Origin: Phoronis australis
Lineage: Eukaryota; Animalia; Phoronida
Reading direction: 5' to 3'
DNA length: 64,000 nt
Assembly: GCA_002633005.1 (NCBI GenBank)
Contig: NMRA01000016.1
Location: 1,772,336 to 1,836,335, forward strand
The notes under the pieces were generated by a model. It was given only the letters and a program-made list of their open reading frames with translations. It did not search any database and was not told where the DNA came from. Positions 12,487 through 24,700 of the stretch are shown one piece after another. The first letter of the stretch is position 1. Each line of letters begins with the position of its first letter. Both the position numbers and the translations under genes were made by a program.

Positions 12487-12822
12487 CTGGAATGAAAAAA
12501 GAACGAGAAATGAAATGCGCGGTGCTAATATAAGTAGGATGTTGGAGGATTTGGGGTGCCTCAATGAAGGTAGTTGTCTTAGAATCCATGCCTATGGAAG
12601 ACTGTCGGTTGATGACATATCGATCGACTTGTAATGTTTGGTACGGATTACCATGCGTTACATAAATCAGTTTGACATTGCCAGGGGACATCTTTAGAGA
12701 TGCTACGAAATCTAAAACATGCATGCCTCACTCATGAAACTCCAAAGCGCATTCCAATTCTCGTCCTTTTTTTCAGTCAAACATTAAAAATTCACTGACA
12801 AATTACACATGCTCATTTTGAA

Positions 12823-13460
12823 AAGTACCGGTCACATTGAATCGCACGAGCATTTGACCGAGCCATTCCTTTAGAATTTAATGATAGCGCGACCAGTATC
12901 TACGAATTTACACGGTTTCTGAAGTGGTCGCGCTAGCAAAATAACGGGTCGTGGGTAGTAAGAGGTCACACACATGGTTGCAGAGTCGTGCAATAGGGCC
13001 CATTGTAGGCTGCCATTATTGTTCGTGCAACCACTGTCAGGAACAAGCGACCGGTTTTTTGGTTGGTTGTGCCTCCATGAATATTTTGGGCTGCAGCACG
13101 AAGCCGAGCCAGTCTAAGGTTAAGCTTCCGTGGATCGTTCTTACGGACACTTTGCGACTGTTATGCACATTGGCCTGGGTAAGGACTGGTACCACTCTGA
13201 TAACGGTACTAGAGGTTTTACGACAAATCGCGCGGCACATAGCGTACTATTTATGGTTGGTTAAGCGAGAATTCAAGACTGTTTTTTAACAGCTCAATGC
13301 GAACAATTACGACCTGAAATTTCAAAATCGGTCGCAACTAGATTTTGAACAAGAATTAACCAGTTGCACGTTTTAATAATTTTCATACGATTCCTCAAAT
13401 TTTCAGTCGCAAGTCAGTAGTCTTTCGTAACTCGGTTGTATCCATAGTGTGACTAGGGCT
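12823..13460. mobile_element. Probable degenerate MITE in TNF intron 4
   Basis: Imperfect termini ACCGGTCACA / TGTGACTAGGGC; many internal GGTCGC/GCGACC inverted motifs. Confidence 0.4.
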
Positions 13461-13593
13461 TTACACGAAACAACCAATTTAACATATTGGACAACCAACA
13501 GTCTGTTGTGTTTACATTTGATCAAATTACACTTCGATCATGTGCACTGTGCATGAACGTGGTTTCTATCGCCGTAAGTACAACGTCACTTAC

Positions 13594-13681
13594 CAACATC
13601 TCCAACGTAATGGACGCCGAAGATTGAACTTCCGGTTACGTTCCTCAGCAATCGAACATTTCGATCAAGTTCTGTAACTCT
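13594..13681 (-). CDS. TNF ligand exon 4 (end of stalk, strand A of TNF homology domain)
   Basis: ttttaacag| acceptor, TTG|GTAAGT donor; 88 nt, phase 0 to 1: RVTELDRNVRLLRNVTGSSIFGVHYVGDV; the His matches the strand A AAH-type motif. Confidence 0.85.
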
Positions 13682-15829
13682 CTGTTAAAAACAAAGACGA
13701 ATTAAGAATTCTGCCATGAATACACACTGCATGAGAGAGGATAGGTCAATAATAGAGGTCACGTGACTTCCTTTGCAAGGTGAAATTAATGTAGGCTTTG
13801 CGTCTGACATGCCCACTGTACGAAAGATAAAACTGTCCTTAAAGATGCATTTGCATGCTCTTAACTGCGCTAATGGGTAGCAGGAATTAAACAAAATGCT
13901 ATTTGAACATCGTCTACGCTAAACAGATTGCAGTTGTATTTATTGACAACTTGTAAAAGTGAAAACAAAAAAAATCTGTAAATAAGTGACCTTTGCACTA
14001 ATGACGTACCTTGGGGGCTCACATAAAACGCGTCACGCAGCACTACGTCTCGATACTTACTAGACACGGTTGAGCAATTTACGGAGGACCATTTTCGACA
14101 TAAACCTCGTTTTTAAAAACATTTGTTAATGATGAACCTACTTCATATTCACACCGTCGCTATACACTGTGTGTTGCGTTTCTAATTAATTTGACTAAGC
14201 ACAGATACAAGGAATTAGCGTGCAAGTTCCACTTAAAAATATGAATTTCCTCTTGGCCGTATGCCCAAATTCCTATGACTTGGTTAGATACATGTACGTG
14301 TACATCCACTTTTCTTTGTCGAGGAGCGCTCAGTTATGTTTTTTACAGTTGAAAATCCCTTTGACAGACTACAAGTAAAATATTTTGAGTGGCACGCATA
14401 TTTCACGGTGGGCAGCGCTAAGGAAACAAAGTTATTCTTAATTCATGCATAGCTAGCACACAAAAGACACCCAAGGAAGTAAGGAAAAACAAACTGGTTC
14501 ACTTCACAAAAAATGTCTTTGTGAAAATCACAGAGCGATAAACTAGTGTCCAATACGCCCTACTGTAGTCACGAGTCTTTGAAAAACAAAAACCAAACAT
14601 CTTTGCACTGGCGAAACCTAATGGATGAACCAGTTCATGTATTATCGGTATAGCGGTTGCAGCTATTAGGACACTAATACTTATTTTTGCCCAACTTTGA
14701 AATAGATCCCTGTGGGTTTGTATACAGTACTGAATGGAAAATTGAATTCGCTTATGCAATATCACAGCACACGGTTAGCTAACCAGGGCACAAAGCGGCA
14801 CATTATATAAATGGGGTGACACTGGGCCGTGTCGGTAAAACGGAACACCTACTGAGCAAAATTCTTATCCATTAATGCATTTGTGAACTTTCGTTACCAG
14901 ATTTTTTGCCAGTTAAAAAACACATAGACCCTTTTGATGGTGAGATATCCTAAAATGTAGTCACACTCTTTAGTAACGCCGCACTGACGGAGTTCAAATT
15001 CAATTCCTGTGCACCAGACTTACCGCCGGGGCCTAATGCCATGATTAAACCATGTTGTACAAGTGAACACGTGTGAGCCGTTTCGCGGAAATGAAAAACG
15101 ACTCAGTTTTGGAGAACGAAAATTTATCGTGCAATCATACTATCCCTCAAAGGCATCAAAGACGTGCAGTCAATCAGTGCACTTCCCAAGTTATTCAACA
15201 ACATATTTATTGTGATTTAAGCCCTAATTCTTTGTAGTCATCTCTTTATGAATTTAAACCATCAACATTGTTCTCAAGTCAATGAAAAACGTAGTTATTG
15301 TCATTTGAATTGTGAGTATTTTGGGACACAATGCATTTCAAAATAAAGACGAATTGACACGTTGTCTCTGCGGCCATCAGTATTTACCGTAGACACCATT
15401 TCCTTTGTTTCCACCACACTTATAGGACATAACATACGCCCCCCCCCCTTGTAATCCGCAAGCAAAATGAAACAGCAACAACGCCGTGCAGCGTGAGGAA
15501 ATATTGAGTTCAGTAACTAGTCCACCAATAGATTTTCTGAACAGAGGGTCCACACTTTGCCCAATTCCCCGAGGCAACATTTTTGCGCCCCCCCCCTTAC
15601 GGTATCCTAGATCCGCCACTGCATAGAATGTTGTCTCATCAATCGAAAAATATCTATAGAGAGCGCCTAGTCTCAAGTTACAACCAATGTATTTGCGGTT
15701 TTACTAACAAAAATAAAACAATATGTTCAAGTTAATTGTCGTATTTCATTTTATAGCATGGTGCTTTGGTATCACCTAAAATGAGACATATAGATGGGTT
15801 ATAACCAAGGCCCTTGAACAAAGACGTAC

Positions 15830-15915
15830 CTCTTTCAACGACGAAATTTCCTTTGTGGTTTCTTCTTTTGATTTCGCGATCCTTTTGTCCGATTTCTTCA
15901 GCAATTTCTTGACAG
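15830..15915 (-). CDS. TNF ligand exon 3 (basic, coiled-coil-like stalk)
   Basis: atttcag| acceptor, GAG|GTACGT donor; 86 nt, phase 1 to 0: VKKLLKKSDKRIAKSKEETTKEISSLKE. Confidence 0.8.
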
Positions 15916-17822
15916 CTGAAATATTTAAAACATGACGCTTTACATAAACTAGGCCGGAGGAAAATTGATGTATCACATTCGCTTCAGCCCTTCATTTTTG
16001 ACCGTCTTCTGCTGGGTCTATAGATCGGACAAAGTGAACTATTGACCTTTGAGCATAACAATGAACTAACCCTTCTGTGGGCTAGGGTAAGTGGGATCCT
16101 AAATAGGATGGCGGCCTCCGGCTACAGCTGGCTAGATGCCATTACCATATACTAGAGACTAGACGGCTCCGAACAATTCTGTCTCATGGTATTGATCATA
16201 GTATAATGACGTCGTGTAACTCCAGTCAGCAACCACCGCTGCTCCACCCAACAAGGGTACAAAGTGGTCCCCTCGTCGCAACAAATCTACTTTTTACTTT
16301 CACATCCATGCTGATGTCCGCCAAGTCGGCAACACAATTATAATCTCACTGTTCACATATACTGCACGTGTGTTTGTTTGTAGTGAATGCGACACATCTC
16401 AGACTAGTCTATTCTCGTGACTTTCAAACAAAAGAAGTCAACAGTCAGAAACTGCTGTTGACTTGCACCAAGTCGCACGCTGTAGGTTAGGCGGAGGCTA
16501 GGTCACGGTATCTGTTTAACTGATTGAATTACCATAATATTCAACACATTGTAGCTAAACACACAAAATATGCTTTTACTAAAATAATGATAAAAGGTCA
16601 CTTGCGTATTATTAAATCATATGCGTTGCTTTACTATTTCGCACCGCTGGCGGAGACCCTTGGAACAGATACTACTTCGAACGTTATGTTTGAGTAGAAA
16701 TCAGCAAAATAATTAAGATTATGAAGGACACTTAAAAATGACCAAAACTGGCTCACTTCGAAACATCGCGTCTCGCAAATGGCCGATTCATATGAAACTT
16801 CCAGGCAGGATACTTTTCGCAACGTTCTCCAAAATGCTTTTGCTCTCTGAGAGTGGCCATCAAAAAGTAGGCCTTTGATGAATTTTACGAAAAGATCAAA
16901 ACGCAGAAATCGAAACGATAGTACGTTAAACTGTAACAGCGTTATTGAGATTTTATCTAGCACATTAACATCAAACTTACATTTGAATTTGCTAAATTTT
17001 ACTAAACAAGCAAGTTGAGGTGATCCAAGTTGTTGCTGATTGGTACAACCTCAAAAATCAAATTCTTTCTACATGCTTTTTATTTTCAGAAATGTGTCCT
17101 TTTACTGAGTTAAATTTTATGATATTGGCTCAATGCTCGGACTTGTCGCCAAGGTCTTACATAACCTAAACCCGAGCCCAACGTGCGTTCCGTGGACCAG
17201 TAAAGCAAGAACTGGCAATGCTACGAGAGATATCACCATGGCACGGGTTTAGCGTTTAAATGATACAGCAAAAGTAGCCTAGGCGAGGTGATTTACTTCG
17301 CGCGGTCTCTTAGAACGTCAAAGGAATTCTCGGGCGACACCAAGGTATCCCGAACCAAGCAGCAAGTCAAACCTATTCATAACGACATGTCCGAGTTCAT
17401 TGAGGGTATAAATCTTTGCTGGGAGTCCTAGATCTTTGGTGGTAAAAAAGATGTTGTAATTATTTCCACCAGATAAGGTTTATTACCTTGGAAAAACTTA
17501 AGGGTATGGTAATGCGCTGGCTGCAGATGATCACGGTGAGTGTCGTTTGTAAACGCAACTTGTAAGTCATGCATGTATTCCAAGTAAGGCACGTGATCCC
17601 ACAGACTCTACCCGGTCCTCATTGTATCGTCGCACCGCAAGTTATTAGCGGCACGGGTCAGTGACAAAGAGGGAAAGTGACAGAACGCATGTCCATTCTA
17701 TTCCGCCTGGCTATAACTAAGTAACTATTACTCGTGGAGTGAAAACAGCCTTTATTGGAAACTAAGGAGTTCTAGGCAAAACACTTCCATAAATCAAAAG
17801 GAGCACACACAATGAAACTTAC

Positions 17823-18012
17823 TTCTGTGGATCAATTTTTTCATGGATTTGCTAAGTTTTGGTCTGGGCGTTCTTCCGCTACCTTCACTACCAGACGCCC
17901 TCCGAACCCTGATTTTGTCAATGGCTTGGGATGATTGTCTGGTCCTAGAGATGGGTACGCGCTGAATCGGTGATCTGTCTTCTTTGTCATCGAAGTAGAG
18001 ATCCTCTGAAGG
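17823..18012 (-). CDS. TNF ligand exon 2 (stalk with furin-type site RVRR)
   Basis: ttttcag|CCT acceptor, AGAA|GTAAGT donor; 190 nt, phase 0 to 1, open: PSEDLYFDDKEDRSP...KIRVRRASGSEG...KKLIHR. Confidence 0.85.
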
Positions 18013-18184
18013 CTGAAAAGAAAAAGGATAAAAAATGATAAATTATCTACCTAAACAAGTACCGCCTTGCAAGAGCAACAGATACAATTTAAAACAACAA
18101 CAAAATCACCAAAAACACCAAAAACAACGACCATTGCAACAACAAAAACAACAACAACAAAAACAACAACAACAAAAACAATAA

Positions 18185-18336
18185 CAAAGGCGGATCCAAG
18201 ATTTTGAGTTAGGGGGAGGGCAGGGTATTAGCCAGGGTTTTGCACTAAAGACATTCGCACCTCCGAACTGCAAAATGGAATATGGGAGAATTTTAGGGGG
18301 GGGGCATGGCTCTCTTGCCCCCCAAATCCGCCACTG
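18185..18336. mobile_element. GGCGGATC-type MITE inserted in a (CAA)n tract
   Basis: Collinear with 28008-28160; ends AATCCGCCACTG. Confidence 0.75.
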
Positions 18337-21300
18337 AACAGCAGCAACAAAAATAACAGATAAGGGGTCAATTTTAATGTCATAGACGGGTGTGGGAATG
18401 AGTGACGACGTGACTGTACATGTAGACCTGCAACAAAACCATTTACAGTACAAGGGCGTGTACATTAGAACAGCATTTCATTCTCTACAATGTCACGTCT
18501 CCTATAACTAAATGCATCAATACGTGATTTGATTTCTTATGTCACAAAACACATTGAGAGAATTTACGAGTCCACAGTAGTTTCAACAAACCGTAGACGG
18601 AACTGACCAACCCTTCCAAAGGAACATAACGGATTGAACTCTCCTTTTTGAGGAATTAGAAAACGCATTCCGTGATTGACCTAAGTTTAAAAAAGTAGGA
18701 CCACTAAATGTTTCTAAGCTAAGACGGATATGAAGGGATGCAACATCGTGCTTACACTGCTCGAACGCTTCACCTTACTATGCAACAGTGAAACTTAACT
18801 AGCATTAGAATGACGGGTGTCAAAATTATTCTGTAGTAATACATAAACGTACAAATGCTAGAGGAGTGCAGAATGGGAAAGCCGCTGTTATCGAGATGTG
18901 CCCGGTGACAAGTTATCTCTCAATTCCAGTTCAATGTACGTTGAAACCGATGCAAACACCGGAAGGATTTTTATGATTATATAGGACAATGCAAAAATGT
19001 CCAAACTTGACTATCTTCAAAGCACCAGAAATGGCTGAATTGCTTGTAAAATTTCCACTTTTCATAAGGGGTTGTCAAAAATAGAACTTTTAAGATTTTT
19101 AAGAAGAAAATCTTCAGTTGCATGAAACGAAAGTGAAACAATATTTCACTAATAAAAAAACCATAAGAGTGCTTTTGAGATCTCATATTGAACATCTATG
19201 TTAAAAAAAACTTGACCATGTTATTGCTGCCGTGGTTTTGCTGTCATTGTACTTTTTGCTAAATTTTACGAAAAAGACATCAAGTTATCCAGCTAATGGC
19301 AGTTTGGTAAAAAATCAAAAAGCAAATTCGACAGGCTTCCACTTTCAAATTAAAATCTGTAGCAAACTCGGTTTGATAGGTTTTTAAGGCGTACCTGCCT
19401 GCTCATCATACGCTAAACAATATCAGGGAACCGTAATGCTATTTTTAAATATCCTACTTCTTCCAAGCTGCAGTTGTAGTCATAGATAAAAACTTGTGAA
19501 TGTGAAAACAGACCATTCCTCAAACGGATGTCATTGACTTTGCAGTATTGACGTGCCTGACTAGCGCGCATAACCCATGTTATTCGCTAGCACCACGTCA
19601 AGACCCGGGTCGCCGGTTCATTTACTACGAATTATTATCGCCACAAAATTGTTCTAAAAACATTTAGTAACATACACGCGATTTTGCATTCTCACTGTCG
19701 TAATAGGTCGTTCTTCAAAAAACGTTTGGTCAAATAGTCACTAATGATAAACATTCAACTTTCACTTTTGAACAAGTCATTAGGACATTTTAAAGTTCAA
19801 TGCAGCTCAATCAAATTTACACGAAGTCTTAACTGAAAAGGAAGTGAAGCCCAACCGTTTCCTATCTACGTACAATTTAATCCACTAACATGTTGCGGAA
19901 GTCCGCAAATATTTTATTCAACGTACACTGTACTGTCTTTAGTCATTGTTCTTTGAGGGAGATCATAATCTTTGTTTGCAATCAAATCGTAGGTCTCGGC
20001 GCATTAAATTCAAATTAAGGAACGGAGATCATTGATATGCTTTCCTTTTTCGTACCCAAGCGCAAACCGTGGCAAATGAATCTACACTCTTAAATTCTTC
20101 TTAAATTTGGAAAATCGAATCTCAGGTAAGCTGATTGGATTCAGATTAAATTTTCAGATATTATCATTGCCGGAAGAAACTGCTTTGTAAATTTTTCACA
20201 AAATATGTTATCAAACATCTGGGACTTAGGGGATTTTCATAAAAAGAAAAATGCATAAAACAAAAAGAAAGAAAAATGAGGAAATTGTCACATTTTTTGA
20301 GATTTCGTCTTGTTGACTCATCAAAACAAATTTGTTCATGTTCCTGAAAGCGCATTTTGCTGTGTTACCTGTCAATCTCTGTGCTGATTCTAACCAAATA
20401 GACATGGCCAAGTGCCCTAATAGCCGACTGGTAGAAATCCAAGCAACTTTTCTTCGGTTATGTGAAATAGCGTAATTGCATATATTTTGTGAACTGCAGA
20501 GAGTTCTGGTGAAGAGGACAATCATCCCTATAGTATCAAACTTCTTCCCACGGTTCACAGAGATGCAGTGATTCACCCAACCCATAGTCTGCGCGTTTTT
20601 GTTGACTGCATTCTGCATATGGTCACATCCAGAATATGCCGCTTGTGAAGCAATTCACTACGCAGCCAAGGAACACTTTTTAAAAACATAGTGTGAGTGT
20701 AACTTATTCGTTACAAAGTGGTGCTCAGAAGTTAATATCATACTGTATCTGCTAAGAACGTACACTGAAAACTTCCAGACCTGCGAAGGCCGGGATTGGA
20801 CGCCTGATAATTGACGCTCAGGCGCACGGAACATTTGAGGAAAAATCTTTCAAAAACGCATTCATTTAAGGTACAGGCGCATGGGCCTAAACACACGCAT
20901 GTCCGGTAGTAGCTACGTGTTTAGTTCAAACTCGGTCGTAGTACTGTACACGTCCAATCAACAATGTGTTGGGGGGAAATAAAATTACACAACTTCCATT
21001 CTAACTATCTAAAACGCACCCTTAAATATTTATGTACAGGCTGACATACATTGTGCGCATTTACAAATTCATATCCAGTATTCAATAACGGATTTAGAGG
21101 TGACCTGATAAAGCCATTCACTCTGGCTGCCTGGGAAACGGGGTCATGTTTTGACCATACCGGAGATACCTTTAGCATTGTAAACAAAAGGCCTGTCCTG
21201 GCACAGTGCCGCTGTAAGGTCTTTACTGCATATTCAACAGGTAATCTGCCTCTGTATTTAGAGATCTGATATTTGCAAGTCTCATCGTTATCAATACGAG

Positions 21301-21439
21301 TCAATTTAGTGGATGCAAGATCTTTGCAAATTCACAAATGCATTCCAAGGTGAACAGTCTGCCTTTAACGAGCACGGGAGCGGAACTCGTGAAATAAATG
21401 CATTTCAGCCTGCAGACTTACCGCGATCTGTTAACTTAC

Positions 21440-21676
21440 CTGTAATTTCAGGTCCTGATGTTGTTCCTTTGGGTGTTTGGCACACTGTTGACGAAGTTCG
21501 TCTAACTGTTGCTGAATAACACTTATGCTATTGTTCTGCATCACGTGTAAATACAAACTGACACTCAATGAAAATGCCATCGTCACGACTAAGCAGCCAC
21601 TCGCCAACACGACCCTTGAGCAAATTGTTGGCGCTCTAGCGGTCGTCACAGTGCTGTCTGCTTTTTGGTGAGTCAT
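21440..21676 (-). CDS. TNF-superfamily ligand, coding exon 1 (cytoplasmic N-terminus, type II transmembrane helix, start of stalk)
   Basis: ATG-initiated MTHQKAD..., hydrophobic VVLASGCLVVTMAFSLSVSLYLHV; ends CAG|GTAAGT in phase 0 (237 nt). Confidence 0.85.
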
Positions 21677-21717
21677 GCTGGTCCGGACACGTGGGTTGCT
21701 CAGATGTTGATGCTATC

Positions 21718-21760
21718 GGGGAATTCCTTGAGTCTAATATATAGAGAGACTTCACTTCCG
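21718..21760 (-). promoter_or_regulatory. Putative TNF-ligand proximal promoter with kB, TATA-like and ETS motifs
   Basis: GGGGAATTCC (NF-kB consensus) 21718-21727; TATATATT on minus 21743-21736; CGGAAGTG (ETS) on minus 21760-21753; all within 85 nt of the ATG. Confidence 0.5.
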
Positions 21761-24700
21761 CATCGAGCAACTCGCTGTACCAACCAACTAGCTTATGAGC
21801 TAATGCAATTTCTAGGAAAGCGGGAATCGAAGAATCATTTAAAACCCTTGTCGCTATCAGGGAGCATAGATTGTTAGGAATGACTTCGCAGTGACAACTG
21901 GCCGTGGTCTTAATAGCAACAAAAATGGTTAAAAATGCGTTTGCTGACTTGGATTCATCAACTGTCGATCATTCTTAAATAAATACAAATATCTTCGGTA
22001 CTACCTCTCCAGTAACTTTGTTGAAGTGATCAGTCCAAAATGTCAAGCCTGGAATGTTTTCCCGAAATTGAACACCAAAATAAGTTTGTCAAATTCCGTT
22101 TTCGTTTAATACCTATAATAAATGTCTGTTATTCTGTACCTAACATGTTTTGGATTACGAAAATCATTTGCATTCCAGATTCGAGATACAAATTATTTGA
22201 CACCCAGATACGATCAACGAGATTTCGAGTTTAAACTCGAACTCATAGCTTTAATGCTAGAGTCATCAAGTGCAAAAAGATCCCAAAATCATCCTCTTAA
22301 ACCACTAAATATCAAATTTGAAAGAAAAATCTTAAAAACAGTTTCGAGTTCGATTTCGAGTAAAAGATTAGATACCAGACCATAGCGAGTTTGTGTAGTG
22401 TAAATAGACGTTTTAGAAAAGCGCCGATAGAATAATGAAACAGAGTCTGACCTCACCTTTCTCGCTAGTTATAATGTCGATTCATCGGTTTCATGTCTCT
22501 GATGAGGAGAATGGTTATCAAAATACATGCTCCCCAACGAAGGTGCAATATCGTGTTCGATTTTATTGGTAATGTATTGACAAATTTAATCGGTGAGTTC
22601 AAAAGATATGAAAATTCAGGAAAATCGTTTTGCACAGGGGGACCCATGGGAGCACTGCAGGGGGTCTGGATCCAGTTTTTAGCCAAAGTGGAAAATAAAA
22701 ACACTGGAAAATAGATGATTTCTATCTTTTAATTTCTATAGACCGCTGAACGAACGGATCACGATATTAAAGTTCATTACCGCTTTCCCGCTATTTTTTA
22801 TGACAGAATACCATTCAGAACCCTATCGTTTGACTAGGACCTCCCTTTCGTGAAAATCTGCAACCGCGTTCGCTTACTCAGATCACGTTTGTACAAAAAC
22901 TGGACAGTGCCGTTTAAATTTCAGGGCATAAAATTATTTCTAAATAGAACTCAGTATTAATGAACACTCCCTAAAGCCCACTTTATCGAAAGAATTCATT
23001 GGTAGTTTCACTTTTATGTAGTTGTTACCTTCCAACAAATTCACAATAAGTTTTCTTCATTGCGTCTTTTTATTGAAAACAACTCCGGTGGCAGACTACT
23101 GGAAATTCGGCCTTTCTTATCAGGAGGCCAAGTTTCGATCGTCAAGAAAGTTGTTAATGGATTTTCCGTTTGAACCGATGCATGTATTGACCAATCAGGA
23201 ATGTCGACACATAAATAAATTTTTCAAAACACAATTTTGATTCAAATTTAAAATTTCAATTAACTACAGCAACGATTGTGTGCACAGAGAACTCTTTTAA
23301 AAACGATCTGAACCGAAGTGTGCGGTGCCGGGGACCTGTGAAACTTTAGAGGTAAATATTTGCCATATATTTTTCATAAACTATTTTGGTTGTATTGTAA
23401 TGCTGTCAGATTTTTTAATTCCCATGCGTGTAGTGCGTTTTATCACAAAACGAAGATGCCAGTTGTTGTTGTCTAGCAGAAACCATAAAAAAATGAATTA
23501 TTAATGAGGTTCAATTTTAAAAACAATAATGGCCAAAGCCCTGGTAATATCGGCCTGCGTTAAGCAGAACAAATCAATTCGTGTGTTGGCTCAAAGCCAA
23601 GCGGGACACAGCCTGATGTCTGAATACACAATAGATTGCTCAGCAGGGAATTTGTATTTTGAAGAATGAATGGTTCGACTAAAACAGCAAATGAGCGTGA
23701 CACGCAGTTATCACAGAAAACGTTTTTCGTATACGTCCAGTTCAACATCATAGTTCGATAAGATTTCCTTTTTTCTGAGAAATGTCAACTTGCAAAACAA
23801 GGTATGTCGACAACAAGTAATGTGGGAAATATATTCTTCATTGCTGCAACAATAAATGTGTGAAGAAAATAACCTATATTGCAATAGCCAACGTCATTGT
23901 TTTGCAAAAGGAAATCATGAACATTAATATTTGGTTATCTCTGAAACATAGAATCCTTGTGTTGATTTTTCTATTTGAGGTGACAAGTCACGCAACTGAA
24001 GGTGTCAATGAAGGCATGTAGTGTTTCACGGTTGGTTACCCATGGCTGTATCCCTTTGTAACTAAATATCCAGGTTAGGTGGACACAAGAAAGATACTTT
24101 ACATTTCAGGTGTTCAAAGCATCGTTGCCAACATAAACATACCTTTGTTAATTACATTTCTTAATGAGCAAGAGCGTCCTTTCCATCACGTCCGTACTCG
24201 TCTTGAGATTAGGTACAATGAATGATGACGATGATTCATTTAACATTGACAATGAGTGTGACATGTTAAGGAAACAGTGTGTATTTTGCAATGTTGATAG
24301 GTGTTAACCGAGCGAGTGTGTCTGCTGTCTCAGTTCCGCGTGAGTGTCCCACGCCAGAGAACAACTCACTTGGATTTCAAACACCGTCCTAGCGCATTCG
24401 TGTCGACCTAACATCATAAACACCTGTGGCTGAGTCTTAGCAGTGGTCGACAATGGAAAGAATTTACACGGGAAGACTCATTGTATTTGCGTTGTTTTCG
24501 TTATTTCCCTTGGTGAAGGCTAATTCATCTACAATGTAGTAGGACGCAGCCATGGTGCGCCCGGACAGAACCCCGCCTTCTTTCCAACGCTATCGTACGT
24601 GTACGCGAAGCAATCGAATTTCTGCAGCGCATTCAGGCAACTCGACGTGTGTAGATTTGATTTACTACCATTCCAGTGTCCGTCGTGCAAATGTGCAGAT

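Noticed and set aside
15024-15110. Strong minus-strand donor (GCG|GTAAGT) in TNF intron 3
   Set aside because: No good acceptor giving a phase 0 to 0 open exon; could be an alternative first exon but unsupported.
21005-21304. 99-aa ORF in TNF intron 1
   Set aside because: No recognisable homology, non-ATG start, not needed for the exon chain.
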